Shown here piece by piece: positions 53,782 through 64,000 of a stretch of 64,000 nucleotides of DNA (its first letter is position 1; the number at the start of each line of letters is the position of its first letter). This stretch comes from Schizochytrium sp. TIO01 (Eukaryota; Protista; Bigyra: Labyrinthulomycetes), in contig SMSO01000014.1 in the NCBI GenBank assembly GCA_004764695.1, positions 4,350,845-4,414,844 of the forward strand, read 5' to 3'. Under the pieces are notes generated by a model that was given only the letters and a program-made list of their open reading frames with translations, made no database searches and was not told the DNA's origin. The position numbers were made by a program, and so were the translations under genes.

Positions 53782-56700
53782 GGAAGACCGTTGCTCTCAC
53801 AGCTCAGCACCGTTGAAACGGGCTCCTTCCTCAAAAGCGAAAACCCATGTCTGGATCAACACATCAGAGCTAATGATTATACTTGCAATGGTAATTCCTA
53901 TCCAGTGGACATATTTTATGCTGTAGACGAACCTGAAGTTGGGCCAATTTTGCGATCTGAGCAACGAAACTGTTTTTTTTTTATATGCCTTTGGGGATTT
54001 CAAGATTAGGCAATCGATTTAGAGGCATCCAGTTACATCAAGAGGAGCGGGAGAATATGTGGGATATCTGATAGTGAATGATTAAGCTCGTTGCGCTCTT
54101 ACACAGACGAGAACTCTGTAAAAAGGAGTTGGGTCAATCGAAAAATGTCACAAGCATGTGTGCTACACAACGCAGCACGAGGCCGCTCTGAAAGCAACGA
54201 CCCGTGTGTCGATATCCCCCGGCTCGCACCAGATACCATTCTCCTGGAGTCTTAGTGGGTTAAAGGTTTGGGTTTTATATGGAGACCAGAGCTTTGCACG
54301 CAACTCAGCCGTCTACTCCACCTTAGATCTGGTGACCTGGCATTACACGTACTGTGTATTGTGTAACGCGCCAGTGCTCGGAGTACGCAGCTTCGGCTGA
54401 ACTTCAACAGTAGTAATAGTTGTGATGTACATCCCAGGCCATACCACGCATGAACAGAATAAGACGGTTCAACTCTGATTGAATAATTGGTGTAGGTCTC
54501 TATCTATACAATCGCTCTTATTGCAATATAAAACATTTAGCGAAATGTGCAGAGAATGATCTCTGGAACTCGCATCCTGAGTTTGCAAATCATGTATTCG
54601 ATGCAAGTTTTTCTTCAATCGGTCCTGGTGATTTGCCAATGATCGTTGTTGAGAGTGCTGCCGATAGGGTCGCCGCTTGCGATAATCATCAATCTCACGG
54701 CTGGGTTCAGAAGGCAGGGTAAGTGACTAGATTGCACTGGGATCTACCCACAACGTTGCTGCGGTCTTGCGCTGCTCCAGTCGCTAGCTTCGCTGCAAAT
54801 CTAAGCGAAGCGACGTTTCAAGTTCAATCGAACAACGAGTTTCTCAACCAGGGAGAACGAGAATAGAATAGTAGGACAAAAAAATGAGGACATTAAAAAA
54901 AAAATCAAAAAAAAATCTCAACTAATTAAAATAAAATAAAATAGAATAAACAATTTGATTTAATTTTTAAAAAAAAAATGTTTGTCTCTGCAGCTTTGCC
55001 AAGGCAGTTAGATTTAAAAGTCTATACAGGCGGGTCTGCAGGGTTTGATCTTCCACTGCTTGCGTATGCATGTCGATTAATCTCGTACCTCTCCATGGTC
55101 AGGGTTCCAAGGCTCACCTTGCAATTTACGCTCTTCTGCACCCACGTTCAGCTGTACTTAATTTTCATTATTCATTTTAAACAATTTTTACTTTATTATA
55201 TATTTTACCATTGCAAATTCCTGTTCATCACTTACTATAAAAGTATACAAAACCATTGTACAATCACAACGTCAAGTCGTCAATCCAAGATATGAACAAC
55301 ATGAACCAACACTACAACATAGAAGCCTTGAGAAAAGAGCCTTCTATCGGTACCTACCATGACAGCTCATACCCACAATTCATGTGCTCTATAAATAGAA
55401 TAGTTTGCAGGTACTGCTACTGCTTACTTCCTTGAAATTGATAGAAAAAGGCTTCGAAAAGAAGCTACAGCTGATTGATAAGGCCTCTGAAGTGGTCTTA
55501 TAAACTAAGGCAGACAGCTCTTCTGCCTACGTACAGGTGACGTGCGAAGGACTTCCTTCTTTCAGCAGCTTTCGTTTCGTTTTTCAGGTTTGCGATTTTA
55601 GCTTACTTGTAAGAAACCATTTCCGACATCACTTCCAACAGACTCAGCGAGTTTTTTCTGTGCGGGATCTGGAAACTGGAAACTGAAAACTGTTTGATGC
55701 GTTTGTACAAAATTATCTTTGCGATACTAGACGCATAAATGCGTGTGCCATCGGGTGTGGGCCAATAATGCCGCGATAGACAAATATTTTGTTCTAAAAC
55801 CAAATAGTGAGTCTAAAGTCATTCTACATTAATTAAAAAAGAGCAAAAAAAGGACAAATTAATTAAATTGAAAAACATTTTAAATTGGTATTATCTATAT
55901 ATAAAGTTTAACAGGCGGAAACGAAGAAAGGTGAGCAAAACATAGGAAATCAATTTAAACGAGAAAAAAGCATTCATTTCCTGCACACTTCAAGTTGCTT
56001 TAAAGAGAGAGAGAAAAGGAACGAGCGAGGGAGAGAGCCCAGCGTATGCAAGACAATGCGCCCTACTTCCTGCTCGCAAGGCACAAGCACGTGCTTAGCT
56101 CTGGGCCCCTCGTTCGTCTCGCCGTTCTTACTTTTGACAGTAATCATCGCAGCCCCGTGAGAATGCTGGTGCAATTTATAAAGTTATAATTGAATTTTAT
56201 TGATTAAAAGTAGGTATGATCACTCTAAATGCATAGTTTTTATTTTAAAAAGTTTTTCAGCTTTAAAAAAAGAAGAAAAAGAAAAAAAAGAAAAAGGAAA
56301 GTAAGATTCACTCAATCGAACTCCATCTCATGAAATGAACGATATAAAGAAATGCGCGAGATCAGTGCACGAATGCCGCCTCTCTGCAAACCCAGAACCT
56401 AGGCACCTCGCCTGCTGCGTATTTCGCTGCGTGTGACTTTCCCCGGCTGCACACCGACCTCCTTCGACCCGAGTACGTTGGTCGCCGACACAGCCGCAAA
56501 CCCTCATCGAACCCGAGGAACTCGCTGACCCCTCTTCTCGGCAAGACAGCGCAATCCACGACCCCTATCGACGTAGCACCGAAGACAGGCCTTCAGACGC
56601 AGACTGGCAGACGCGAGGCCAGGCGCCGTGCTGCGTTCGCGTCCTGGCGGGCCACCCTCGCTGGCAGCCTGCTTCTCTTGCTCGCTGGCTGGGTTGGTTT

Positions 56701-56913
56701 TCATTGCTTCGCTCAGGCTCAGCATCAGCGCAACCAATTCCTCAGGAGGACTTCTTAGCCGTGGCCGTAGACAGCGCCATTAAGGCACAGAGCGGTAGCG
56801 AAGGCGGTACGAGTTGACTAGCGGTGCATCTCTGTTTTGATGACAAAAGGTCTGAAAAGGTTTCCGTCGAGTGCAAGAACAACGTCATTCTCTGGGGTGC
56901 TACTACCCACGGC

Positions 56914-58236
56914 ATGCTAAGCGGAATGGAGGCTGAGGCGAACATGGGGAGGTCTCATGGGCCGGTGCAGCGGGGACTCATGCGGCTGGTGGTGCGTCTC
57001 CACAGCGCCTCTCGGTTTGAGGTTATCCTTGCAGCGATGGTGCTTGGCGCCACAGCACTCATGGCGTCGATCCTTGTGATGGACTACCTGATGAGCTTTC
57101 ACCTGCCGCCGAGTTATGGAGTGCTCTCGTTGCCGTCGCTGGCACTGTCGACTAACCCGCGTGTTCCAGTCTCGCCCGGAGTGACACTCTTTGGCATTCG
57201 CGAGTTTTCGAGGACCTGCTGCGAAGTCGGGCCTACTGTGTACCGTCGACCCACAATACGCGAGCGAAACACGCAGTACTTTGCAGGCGAACGCTCCCAA
57301 TACAGCTACAAATTGGCCTTGCAACACTTCCTTCAGACAGAGAAGCAGTTGGCCCGCGTTTTCGTACCAATCGCCCAGCTAGATGAGTTTATCGGCGACT
57401 TTTTCCTCAGGCTCCCCGGCAATGCCCGTATTGTTCTGATTACTGGCCAAGAGGACTGTGGCCCATCCGAGGTCTTTGGATACAGTAGAAACAAATGCAA
57501 GCTGGACATGCCCATGTCCCTTTACGAGTTTGTGTCAGATCCTAGGTTGGCTCATTGGTTTGCTCAGAATTATGATTTTGGTGATGTTTCGAATGTTGCT
57601 GCTTATCCTCAATCAGCTCCAAGGCCAAATCTCCCCCCAAACCTGTTACGTAAACTTTCGCCTCTTCCAATCGGTGTTGACTTTCACACGTCTGCTGAGA
57701 AGGTCTACTTCTCCCGCGAGAGCCCGAAAAGTCAAGAAGCTCACCTGATCTCGTTGGCTAATCCGAAATGGTCTGAGAAGAAGCAACAGATTCTATCAGT
57801 CTTCACCGTTGCGAAAGAGCGTCCGGATCGTCTCCGTCTACTTGAGGTACAAGCTGGTAAGGAGGCATGCGTTTACAGTCCCGGTCATGTGGATAAAATA
57901 AAGCTCTGGAGCATGCATCAAGATCAGGCTTTTGTGTTCTGCCCTCAAGGTAACGGTATTGATACACACCGGATTTATGAGGCGTTGATTCTTGGTTCTG
58001 TACCTGTAACAATCTCAAGCCCTTTAGATGCTCTTTACAAGCAACTACCCATCATTATTTTAGACTCATGGGAGGATTTCGACTCTTGTGGACGTACTGA
58101 AGAATGGCGGCAGGAAATTATAGCACGTTTTGGCAGTGAGCCGTTCGAGCATCCTGAAGTACGGCGTCTCCTCACATTAGATTATTGGGTTTCTGTGACC
58201 TTTCGTAAACTCGTCGATGCAAATGATGCTAGGTAA
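56914..58236 (+). CDS. Exostosin-like (GT47-related) type II membrane glycosyltransferase
   Basis: N-terminal signal anchor FEVILAAMVLGATALMASILVM; HWFAQN, PLPIGVD, FVFCPQGNGIDTHRIYEALILGSVPV, LYKQLPIIILDSW, LLTLDYW. Start uncertain (ATG 56914, 56926 or 56944). Confidence 0.8.
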   Translation: MLSGMEAEANMGRSHGPVQRGLMRLVVRLHSASRFEVILAAMVLGATALMASILVMDYLMSFHLPPSYGVLSLPSLALSTNPRVPVSPGVTLFGIREFSRTCCEVGPTVYRRPTIRERNTQYFAGERSQYSYKLALQHFLQTEKQLARVFVPIAQLDEFIGDFFLRLPGNARIVLITGQEDCGPSEVFGYSRNKCKLDMPMSLYEFVSDPRLAHWFAQNYDFGDVSNVAAYPQSAPRPNLPPNLLRKLSPLPIGVDFHTSAEKVYFSRESPKSQEAHLISLANPKWSEKKQQILSVFTVAKERPDRLRLLEVQAGKEACVYSPGHVDKIKLWSMHQDQAFVFCPQGNGIDTHRIYEALILGSVPVTISSPLDALYKQLPIIILDSWEDFDSCGRTEEWRQEIIARFGSEPFEHPEVRRLLTLDYWVSVTFRKLVDANDAR

Positions 58237-58869
58237 ATTAAACTGTGAATGGGCAATGCCAATGTTGAATGGGGATTTCGAGTGTTTTTGTAATTTACCT
58301 ATATTGTTATGGTTTCATGATAGTATTAGATCTTTGTAATTGACAAATGGTCAATTAAGAAGGAGTTATTGGTAGAGCTATTGTGGTTATCATCGTATAG
58401 GAAGCGGCATATATGTGTTTCAATAAACTCGTAACACATACACACATAGTGCATGCGTTCATTTGTGAATGGAATTATCTTTGTATGAAAAACTAGCAGA
58501 CAAGTCCTCTCAGCTAGGAACTAAACTATAAAATACAGTAAACCCAATTGTGCAATAGAAGGGTGAATATATACTCAGAGAATGAACTGCCGAAGACACA
58601 TTTGAATAATATCATTAAATTTTCCATTTGTCTACCGTTTAAAACCAATATATTGCTATCCGATTTTTGTTCCCTCTCTATTGATCTCAGATTTTAATTA
58701 GCTTAGTTTCTTTCACTAAATATGTCTAAAACAATCAGAAGCAAGAAACAAGGACAAGGATGTTTAATATATTACTTGAATGCATGTATGGTTTGTCGGT
58801 TTGATTGATTGTTGGTTTGGAAGCAAAAAGAAGATCAGACTCAGGTCAAGATTTACAAATGTCGAACAA

Positions 58870-60327
58870 TCACTTCTTTCGAGCTTGTGATCGAGTCATA
58901 GGACGTTCAAATCGTGCGGGCGGGCGCGCACTGTCATCACTGTCGTCCAAATCACTCAAGTCTTCAAACCCTTGACGATATTTTGACAGTAGATCATCCT
59001 TCCGCTTTGACTTCCGCGTGCCAGAATGATTTCTTGGGGAAGACTCGTCCCCTTTATTCTCCTCGTAGAAATCGACTTCGGGCACCTTCACTTCACGATG
59101 CTGCGAGTTAGCACTGTTGGGGCTGGTGCCCATAAGAATGTCACGAGTTCCAACAGTGAGTCCAAGAACACCATCAAAAGCGCTCTTTACCCAGCTGGTG
59201 CTTCCAGAGCGAGACTCGCGTCCTGTGGAGACATCAAGTTCCACTCCATGCACAATGTTAACACCAGATGGCCTTTGGGACCGGTCGCGGGCAGTACTTG
59301 TTGACTTCTTAGAGTTGCGGTGGGTTGCACCTCGTGAACCGGCAAAAGATAACGCCTCAGTAGAAGATTCTGAATCTTTCCGAGCGTGTCCTGGTCTATC
59401 ATGAGATGAACGTCGGTGTTCCCGTCCGTGCTCTTGCTGCTGCACTTTCTGCTCATGTTTATGCTCATGTTGGTGATCATGTTGGTGCTCGTGCGGGTGC
59501 TCATGATTGTGGACTTGCGTTGTGCCTTCACAAGATGAGGGGTTACGTTGCAAAAAACCATACAAGTATCCTGCCGTAGACCCAGCAAGGGACCAGAGGA
59601 TGTTGTTATTTTGCTCCGAGATCTCCGCTGAAGAAACTTCTACGTGGTTATTGTTAGCATGATGATGGTGGTGATGGCTGAGAATATGATCTGCATCAGT
59701 CTCTTGTTGCTGGTGCTGGTTTTGATGTCTTGCATTGTGTATTGCTCGGGCAATTTGTGAGTCATTTTCATTTACTGACTCAAGCCTCGATTTTTGTTCA
59801 TTATCAATCTGCTTCTGGAGAGACCCCAGGTGATCTTGCAAATCAGCGAGTTGGTCATCAGATGCTACAAATGTGCTCGCGGCAACAAGAGCATTTAAAA
59901 TTCTGCGTTGGCAGGTCAAAACCACACCCTGAACAGCCGGGCTTACCACATTATCGATATAGATGGCTCGGCGATCAAGCTCTGGTTCTAGCACATTATG
60001 AAAAATTGACCCTGCCCCACGAGCAAGAACAATCCACACCACCAGGAGGAATTTAAAAGAGTAATAAAATGGCAACCAAAAGACAAAAATCTCAATGTAC
60101 AGCTCGAAAATGGCTAGAAAAGCATACACCGTCCAGAACTTTAGAACTTCGCGAACCTCATTTTGTGCCTCGCGTGCCTCCACTAGAAGGTTTAGTACCT
60201 CTTCAGAATCTGAACAAACTGCAATCTCTGAGTTAATTCGCTCTCGCCTCTTCAGAAGCTTGAAATTTTGCCAGCTTTCATAAGCTCCGCCCACCATCAG
60301 TACAGCGCTGCACATAATGGCAGACAT
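58870..60327 (-). CDS. TB2/DP1/HVA22 (REEP) family ER-shaping protein with long disordered His-rich tail
   Basis: VLKFWTVYAFLAIFELYIEIFVFWLPFYYSFKFLLVVWI and GAGSIFHNVLEP match the REEP/HVA22 core (YW..FA....E...D....WFPFYY..K..F..WL..GA..IY...HP). Confidence 0.88.
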   Translation of the reverse strand: MSAIMCSAVLMVGGAYESWQNFKLLKRRERINSEIAVCSDSEEVLNLLVEAREAQNEVREVLKFWTVYAFLAIFELYIEIFVFWLPFYYSFKFLLVVWIVLARGAGSIFHNVLEPELDRRAIYIDNVVSPAVQGVVLTCQRRILNALVAASTFVASDDQLADLQDHLGSLQKQIDNEQKSRLESVNENDSQIARAIHNARHQNQHQQQETDADHILSHHHHHHANNNHVEVSSAEISEQNNNILWSLAGSTAGYLYGFLQRNPSSCEGTTQVHNHEHPHEHQHDHQHEHKHEQKVQQQEHGREHRRSSHDRPGHARKDSESSTEALSFAGSRGATHRNSKKSTSTARDRSQRPSGVNIVHGVELDVSTGRESRSGSTSWVKSAFDGVLGLTVGTRDILMGTSPNSANSQHREVKVPEVDFYEENKGDESSPRNHSGTRKSKRKDDLLSKYRQGFEDLSDLDDSDDSARPPARFERPMTRSQARKK

Positions 60328-61447
60328 GGTGAATCACGGTATTATTTACTCCGATCTGCCAATGCTTTCCCCCTTAAATCAAGGCTTGCACCACTAAATA
60401 TGGTAGCTCAACTAAAGACAGCTAAAAAGGACTCTTGAAGAAATCTAAGCTTCTTCGCAGGATGCCCAGCGTCTAAAGGTCAAAGAAAACGCAGCTTTCC
60501 AGTTGTCTTTATCTTGTAGAACTGAAAATCGAAGTAGAAGAGATGCACCGCTCCTCACTCCTTGTTCCCTTGATACTACAGCCTTACAATGTATAGAGCT
60601 ACCGAGGTTTTATGATCCACGCAGTACTGTACTATGCTATTGACTTTGCGCAAAGTATTCAACTTTCTACCGTATAGTTATATTAGTATCGAAAATACGA
60701 AAGAAGGGCCTGAGCCGGAAAGAAGATCCTGATGAAACCGTACAGCGCAGGATCTCGGTAGCACTCCTGAAGATAGGCCTGCCGGCTAGGCTAAGTTCAG
60801 GGTTTTCTCTGTACTGCTTCGGAGGGCGGCTTCGGGGCGGCTCCGACAGAGCTCGCGAGAGTGCAGGCAGAGAGTCCCTGCACCGAGGAACTGATGATGC
60901 GCGTCTGTCTTTGCCCCCCGCGCCCTAACCACGCCAAATCAACAAATGTATCTTTAAAAACCGTCCTTTCATGAGAAAAAAATAATTAAAAGTAGTTAAA
61001 AAGGGGTCCCGAGGTCACAACGGATTGAGGTGAAACAATTTTGCCTGGTGCACACCCCTATTGGTTGTTTATTATTTTACATGATATATATTTGTTAAGA
61101 AAGTGAGAGGCTGAGGTCAAATTAGAGGTGAATCTCATATGAATATGGATGAGACGAAGACCTTTGAGCCGCTAATCAGAGCGAAGAGATACAGCAGCAA
61201 GTATCTTAAGAAAAACTAAAGAGAGGTATTAGAGTGGATATGGAAGAAGCGTGAGGCGTGACACAAAATTGTTTGCCGTGGCAATTCTAAAAAATGGCTT
61301 TCTATAGCTCTTTAGCCTCTTTCTTCTTTGAAAGAAAAAACTTGAAATAACGAGATAAAAAATTAATTACTTGAGAACGTACAACGAGGTTTAAGGGTGC
61401 ACAAGTAATCCGAAGCAAACATCAAATTGCGAAGGCTCCGTGATTCC

Positions 61448-63550
61448 ATGATGCAACGAAGCCCTCGTAAGACCAGCAAAGGAATTTTCAGAGATCAGAG
61501 CGGCAGTGTCAGCTTGAGGGATGGAAAAACTGACGAACGAGAGGAGACGAATTTTCCCAAATCTGAAAAGCCTGCGAAAGGGGTGCAACGAAAGGAGGGA
61601 CAACTAAAAAATGACTCATCTAATCACACAAAAGAGGACAACAATAAAACAATCAATAGGGATGATCGAGATGGAGACCAAGACAAGCCGACGAAACGAC
61701 GAGGAATTGTCGCAACACAATTTGAAGATGTTCTTGGGGAAGAACGCAAATTGTTATTGCCTTTTCGTACTGATATGATAACGGAAGAAGCTCTGGCGTA
61801 TGCCATGGAGGAAGGTGATTTCCAGAAACGCTACGAACTCAAAGAAGCCAAAGTTAATTACAATCTCCAGAAGAATCGTACTGCCATCGTTCACTTCGAA
61901 GAAACAACGCATACAAAACCGGATGAACTAATTGCAGAGCTTGTGCGTCGAAGTACTGCTAGACGAGCAGCCTTGGCTCGCATCACGAAGGCATCAGTCA
62001 ATATTGATGACGATGAAGACGGTTTAGAAGACAGCCCTCCTGTGTTACTGGATGTTGCAGATGCAGATGGCAAACCTCAGCAATATGTTTTCGGTAGTCT
62101 CCAAATGAGCGATGGGTCATTTTATATGGGTAGTGCATCCCGTAATCTGAGTCAGCGCATGGATAAGAAGATTAAATTTGAACGAAAGCAAGTGGCAATT
62201 ATCCCTAAGACAGAAAAGGTCATTTACAGTGGATGGACAGTCAAGCGAATTGTTTCTCGTAAGCGGGCCATTGCATCGATGCTCGAGTCGAAAATCCAGA
62301 CGATCGCCTCTGCTTCTCCAGAGGATATATATAAAAGTATGCCAAAGTCTCCCAAATCACCGATTAACTCGCCGGCATCACAAAATGGACGTGTTTCCGG
62401 AAATTCGGATGTTAAGCCGTTTGAACAAAGACATTGGAATCAAATGCAGCTTGATTTAATTGGTAAGTCCAGAGAAGAGCAACTCCAAATGCTACGCATC
62501 GCAGTCAAAGAAGCGCATGCGGCGGTCAAGGCTGCCGAGCAAGCTGCTGAGGGGGTCTTAAGAACTGTCGCTTACAAGGGTAATAATGGATTCAAAGGGC
62601 CTTCTGACTCCGTAAATGCGAAATATCTTCGTCGCAAGTCTGTCTCTGTGAACTTTCACAACCCCCTTCCTGAACGGCATGTACACCATCCTGCCTTACA
62701 ACATGATCCCCGTGTAAAACAAGCAAAGTCGCCGAAGACAATAGAGAAAGGCAAGTCTGTTAAAAAGGCGTCTGCAAGTCAGCGATCTACGCAAATGATT
62801 AGACAAAAAGTTCGTGATCTAAACGAGGCAGAACAGCATAGTCTTGTTCGAAACAAATCAAACTTGTCTAAATATACAAATACAACAGGAGCTGCCAGTG
62901 TGTTTTTTGAAGCAATACGCGTGGAGAAAACAAGACCTGACTATGTTACAGAGCTAGAAATGGCAAATTACCTATCAAAGGACCAGGGAGAAATGTGTGT
63001 TTGCGAAGCTAGCTCTCCAGGCTCTGTATATTCCGTCAATGAGTCTCTTTTTGACTCAAAAAACCCATACAGAATTAAAACGACTGTGAATAATCGACAA
63101 AATCCAGAGAATTGGATTGAAGCTGCGTTACATTGCAGAGGTATGAATATCAAACGCAATGAAGGCTTCTCTTCTATGAATCGCCAGCCTGCACGCCCTC
63201 AAACCGCCCCCGCAAGAAGAACGGGTGCTCCATACAGCTCTCGCGCTTTCTACGACAAAGCCAAAGAGCATCGGAGACCTGTTTCTGCACGCCCTGGCTT
63301 TCATGATTATTTGCGCGCACAAAGCAAATGCCCTCGGTCCTGGCATCGAATTTGCCGCCAAGCTAAGCTTAAATCAAAAAGTGAAGACATACCACAAACA
63401 ACACCCCTGAAGACACCACAAACAAATGATCCAGGAAAATCGCCTGTCATGCAGGAAGTTGTGAATGCGAGAGTGGAAGATCATATTGCAGCAATTCAGA
63501 GAATTATTCATCATTCTGCAGCACCGGGCAAGTATGCCTTGGTTTCCTGA
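61448..63550 (+). CDS. Hypothetical basic, largely disordered protein (700 aa)
   Basis: 2.1-kb ORF with first ATG at 61448 (the ORF track starts at TTG 61427). SP-rich, with RPQTAP/RPVSARP motifs. No family recognised. Confidence 0.75.
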   Translation: MMQRSPRKTSKGIFRDQSGSVSLRDGKTDEREETNFPKSEKPAKGVQRKEGQLKNDSSNHTKEDNNKTINRDDRDGDQDKPTKRRGIVATQFEDVLGEERKLLLPFRTDMITEEALAYAMEEGDFQKRYELKEAKVNYNLQKNRTAIVHFEETTHTKPDELIAELVRRSTARRAALARITKASVNIDDDEDGLEDSPPVLLDVADADGKPQQYVFGSLQMSDGSFYMGSASRNLSQRMDKKIKFERKQVAIIPKTEKVIYSGWTVKRIVSRKRAIASMLESKIQTIASASPEDIYKSMPKSPKSPINSPASQNGRVSGNSDVKPFEQRHWNQMQLDLIGKSREEQLQMLRIAVKEAHAAVKAAEQAAEGVLRTVAYKGNNGFKGPSDSVNAKYLRRKSVSVNFHNPLPERHVHHPALQHDPRVKQAKSPKTIEKGKSVKKASASQRSTQMIRQKVRDLNEAEQHSLVRNKSNLSKYTNTTGAASVFFEAIRVEKTRPDYVTELEMANYLSKDQGEMCVCEASSPGSVYSVNESLFDSKNPYRIKTTVNNRQNPENWIEAALHCRGMNIKRNEGFSSMNRQPARPQTAPARRTGAPYSSRAFYDKAKEHRRPVSARPGFHDYLRAQSKCPRSWHRICRQAKLKSKSEDIPQTTPLKTPQTNDPGKSPVMQEVVNARVEDHIAAIQRIIHHSAAPGKYALVS

Positions 63551-63707
63551 ATACCTCACCAAATATCCTAAATTATCATATTCGTAAAAAAAAAAAACAC
63601 TGTACCTGCCTTCTTATTCTCACTTGTTGTTCATGAGATACAATCACTATGGTTTCCATCAAATGCATATTTACTTTTTAAGTTCTTTGATTGATCTATC
63701 ATACAAT

Positions 63708-64000
63708 TTATGTGAGCTTGGCGCGTTTATTATCATGCTCGGCTTTAAACGCCTCGAGTTCTGCTTCGAGAGCTCGTCGACGCTTTTTTTCCTCTCTGTT
63801 CTTAGCATACAAGCCATCAACAACTTGAACTACTTCTTTCAGAGAATTTCGAGCGGCATCTCGTTTGACCTTAGCTCTTGCTGCAGATGCACGGGCTACA
63901 CCAAGCTCAGCACTAAATTTACTCTGGTTCAGACGCAACTCTGCGTTTGCATCAGTGAGTCTTTTCTTGTAGCGAGCCTTTTCCATCTTGAGCTTTGTAT
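63708..64000 (-). CDS. 3' end of a coiled-coil protein that continues beyond the window
   Basis: The frame is open to the window edge (..TKLKMEKARYKKRL..). Heptad-rich A/E/K/R composition. Stop at 63708, convergent with the preceding gene. Confidence 0.7.
   Translation of the reverse strand, partial: TKLKMEKARYKKRLTDANAELRLNQSKFSAELGVARASAARAKVKRDAARNSLKEVVQVVDGLYAKNREEKKRRRALEAELEAFKAEHDNKRAKLT

Noticed and set aside
60725-60900. CTGATGA motifs and short hairpins suggesting a hammerhead ribozyme or C/D snoRNA
   Set aside because: No GAAA following a stem II, the C-to-D box spacing is too short, and no consistent fold was found by eye.

Overview
Eukaryotic nuclear DNA. It is intron-poor, with long single-exon CDSs, standard code and abundant GAAT/GCAAT/GA microsatellites. 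The gene repertoire and style suggest a stramenopile protist, most likely a thraustochytrid/labyrinthulomycete (inference only). About 17 protein-coding genes are supported: a WW-motor-MyTH4 (class IV-like) myosin, a guanylate-binding protein with a 67-aa periodic coiled coil, farnesyltransferase beta, UFD1, a CID-domain protein with an N/Q-rich tail, NDUFAF3, HMG-CoA lyase, an orphan gene with an apparent 1-nt frameshift, a spliced GET1/WRB gene that the ORF track splits, mitochondrial L3 and EF-Ts, an atypical polycystin-2-like channel, an exostosin-like glycosyltransferase, a REEP/HVA22 protein, two hypotheticals and a 3317-aa surface protein. The 3317-aa protein is the standout. It has a SAM-like head, about 9 TM helices (two tetraspanin-like units plus one) and a ~2670-aa mosaic C-terminal ectodomain: ETDVDCGG Cys repeats, FN2, PT stalk, DUF2135-like, EGF/TSP3, split kringle, WSC and NHL. 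It lies ~4 kb from the pore-divergent polycystin gene. No rRNA, tRNA, CRISPR array or intact mobile element could be supported. All domain calls come from motif recognition by eye, not database searches.
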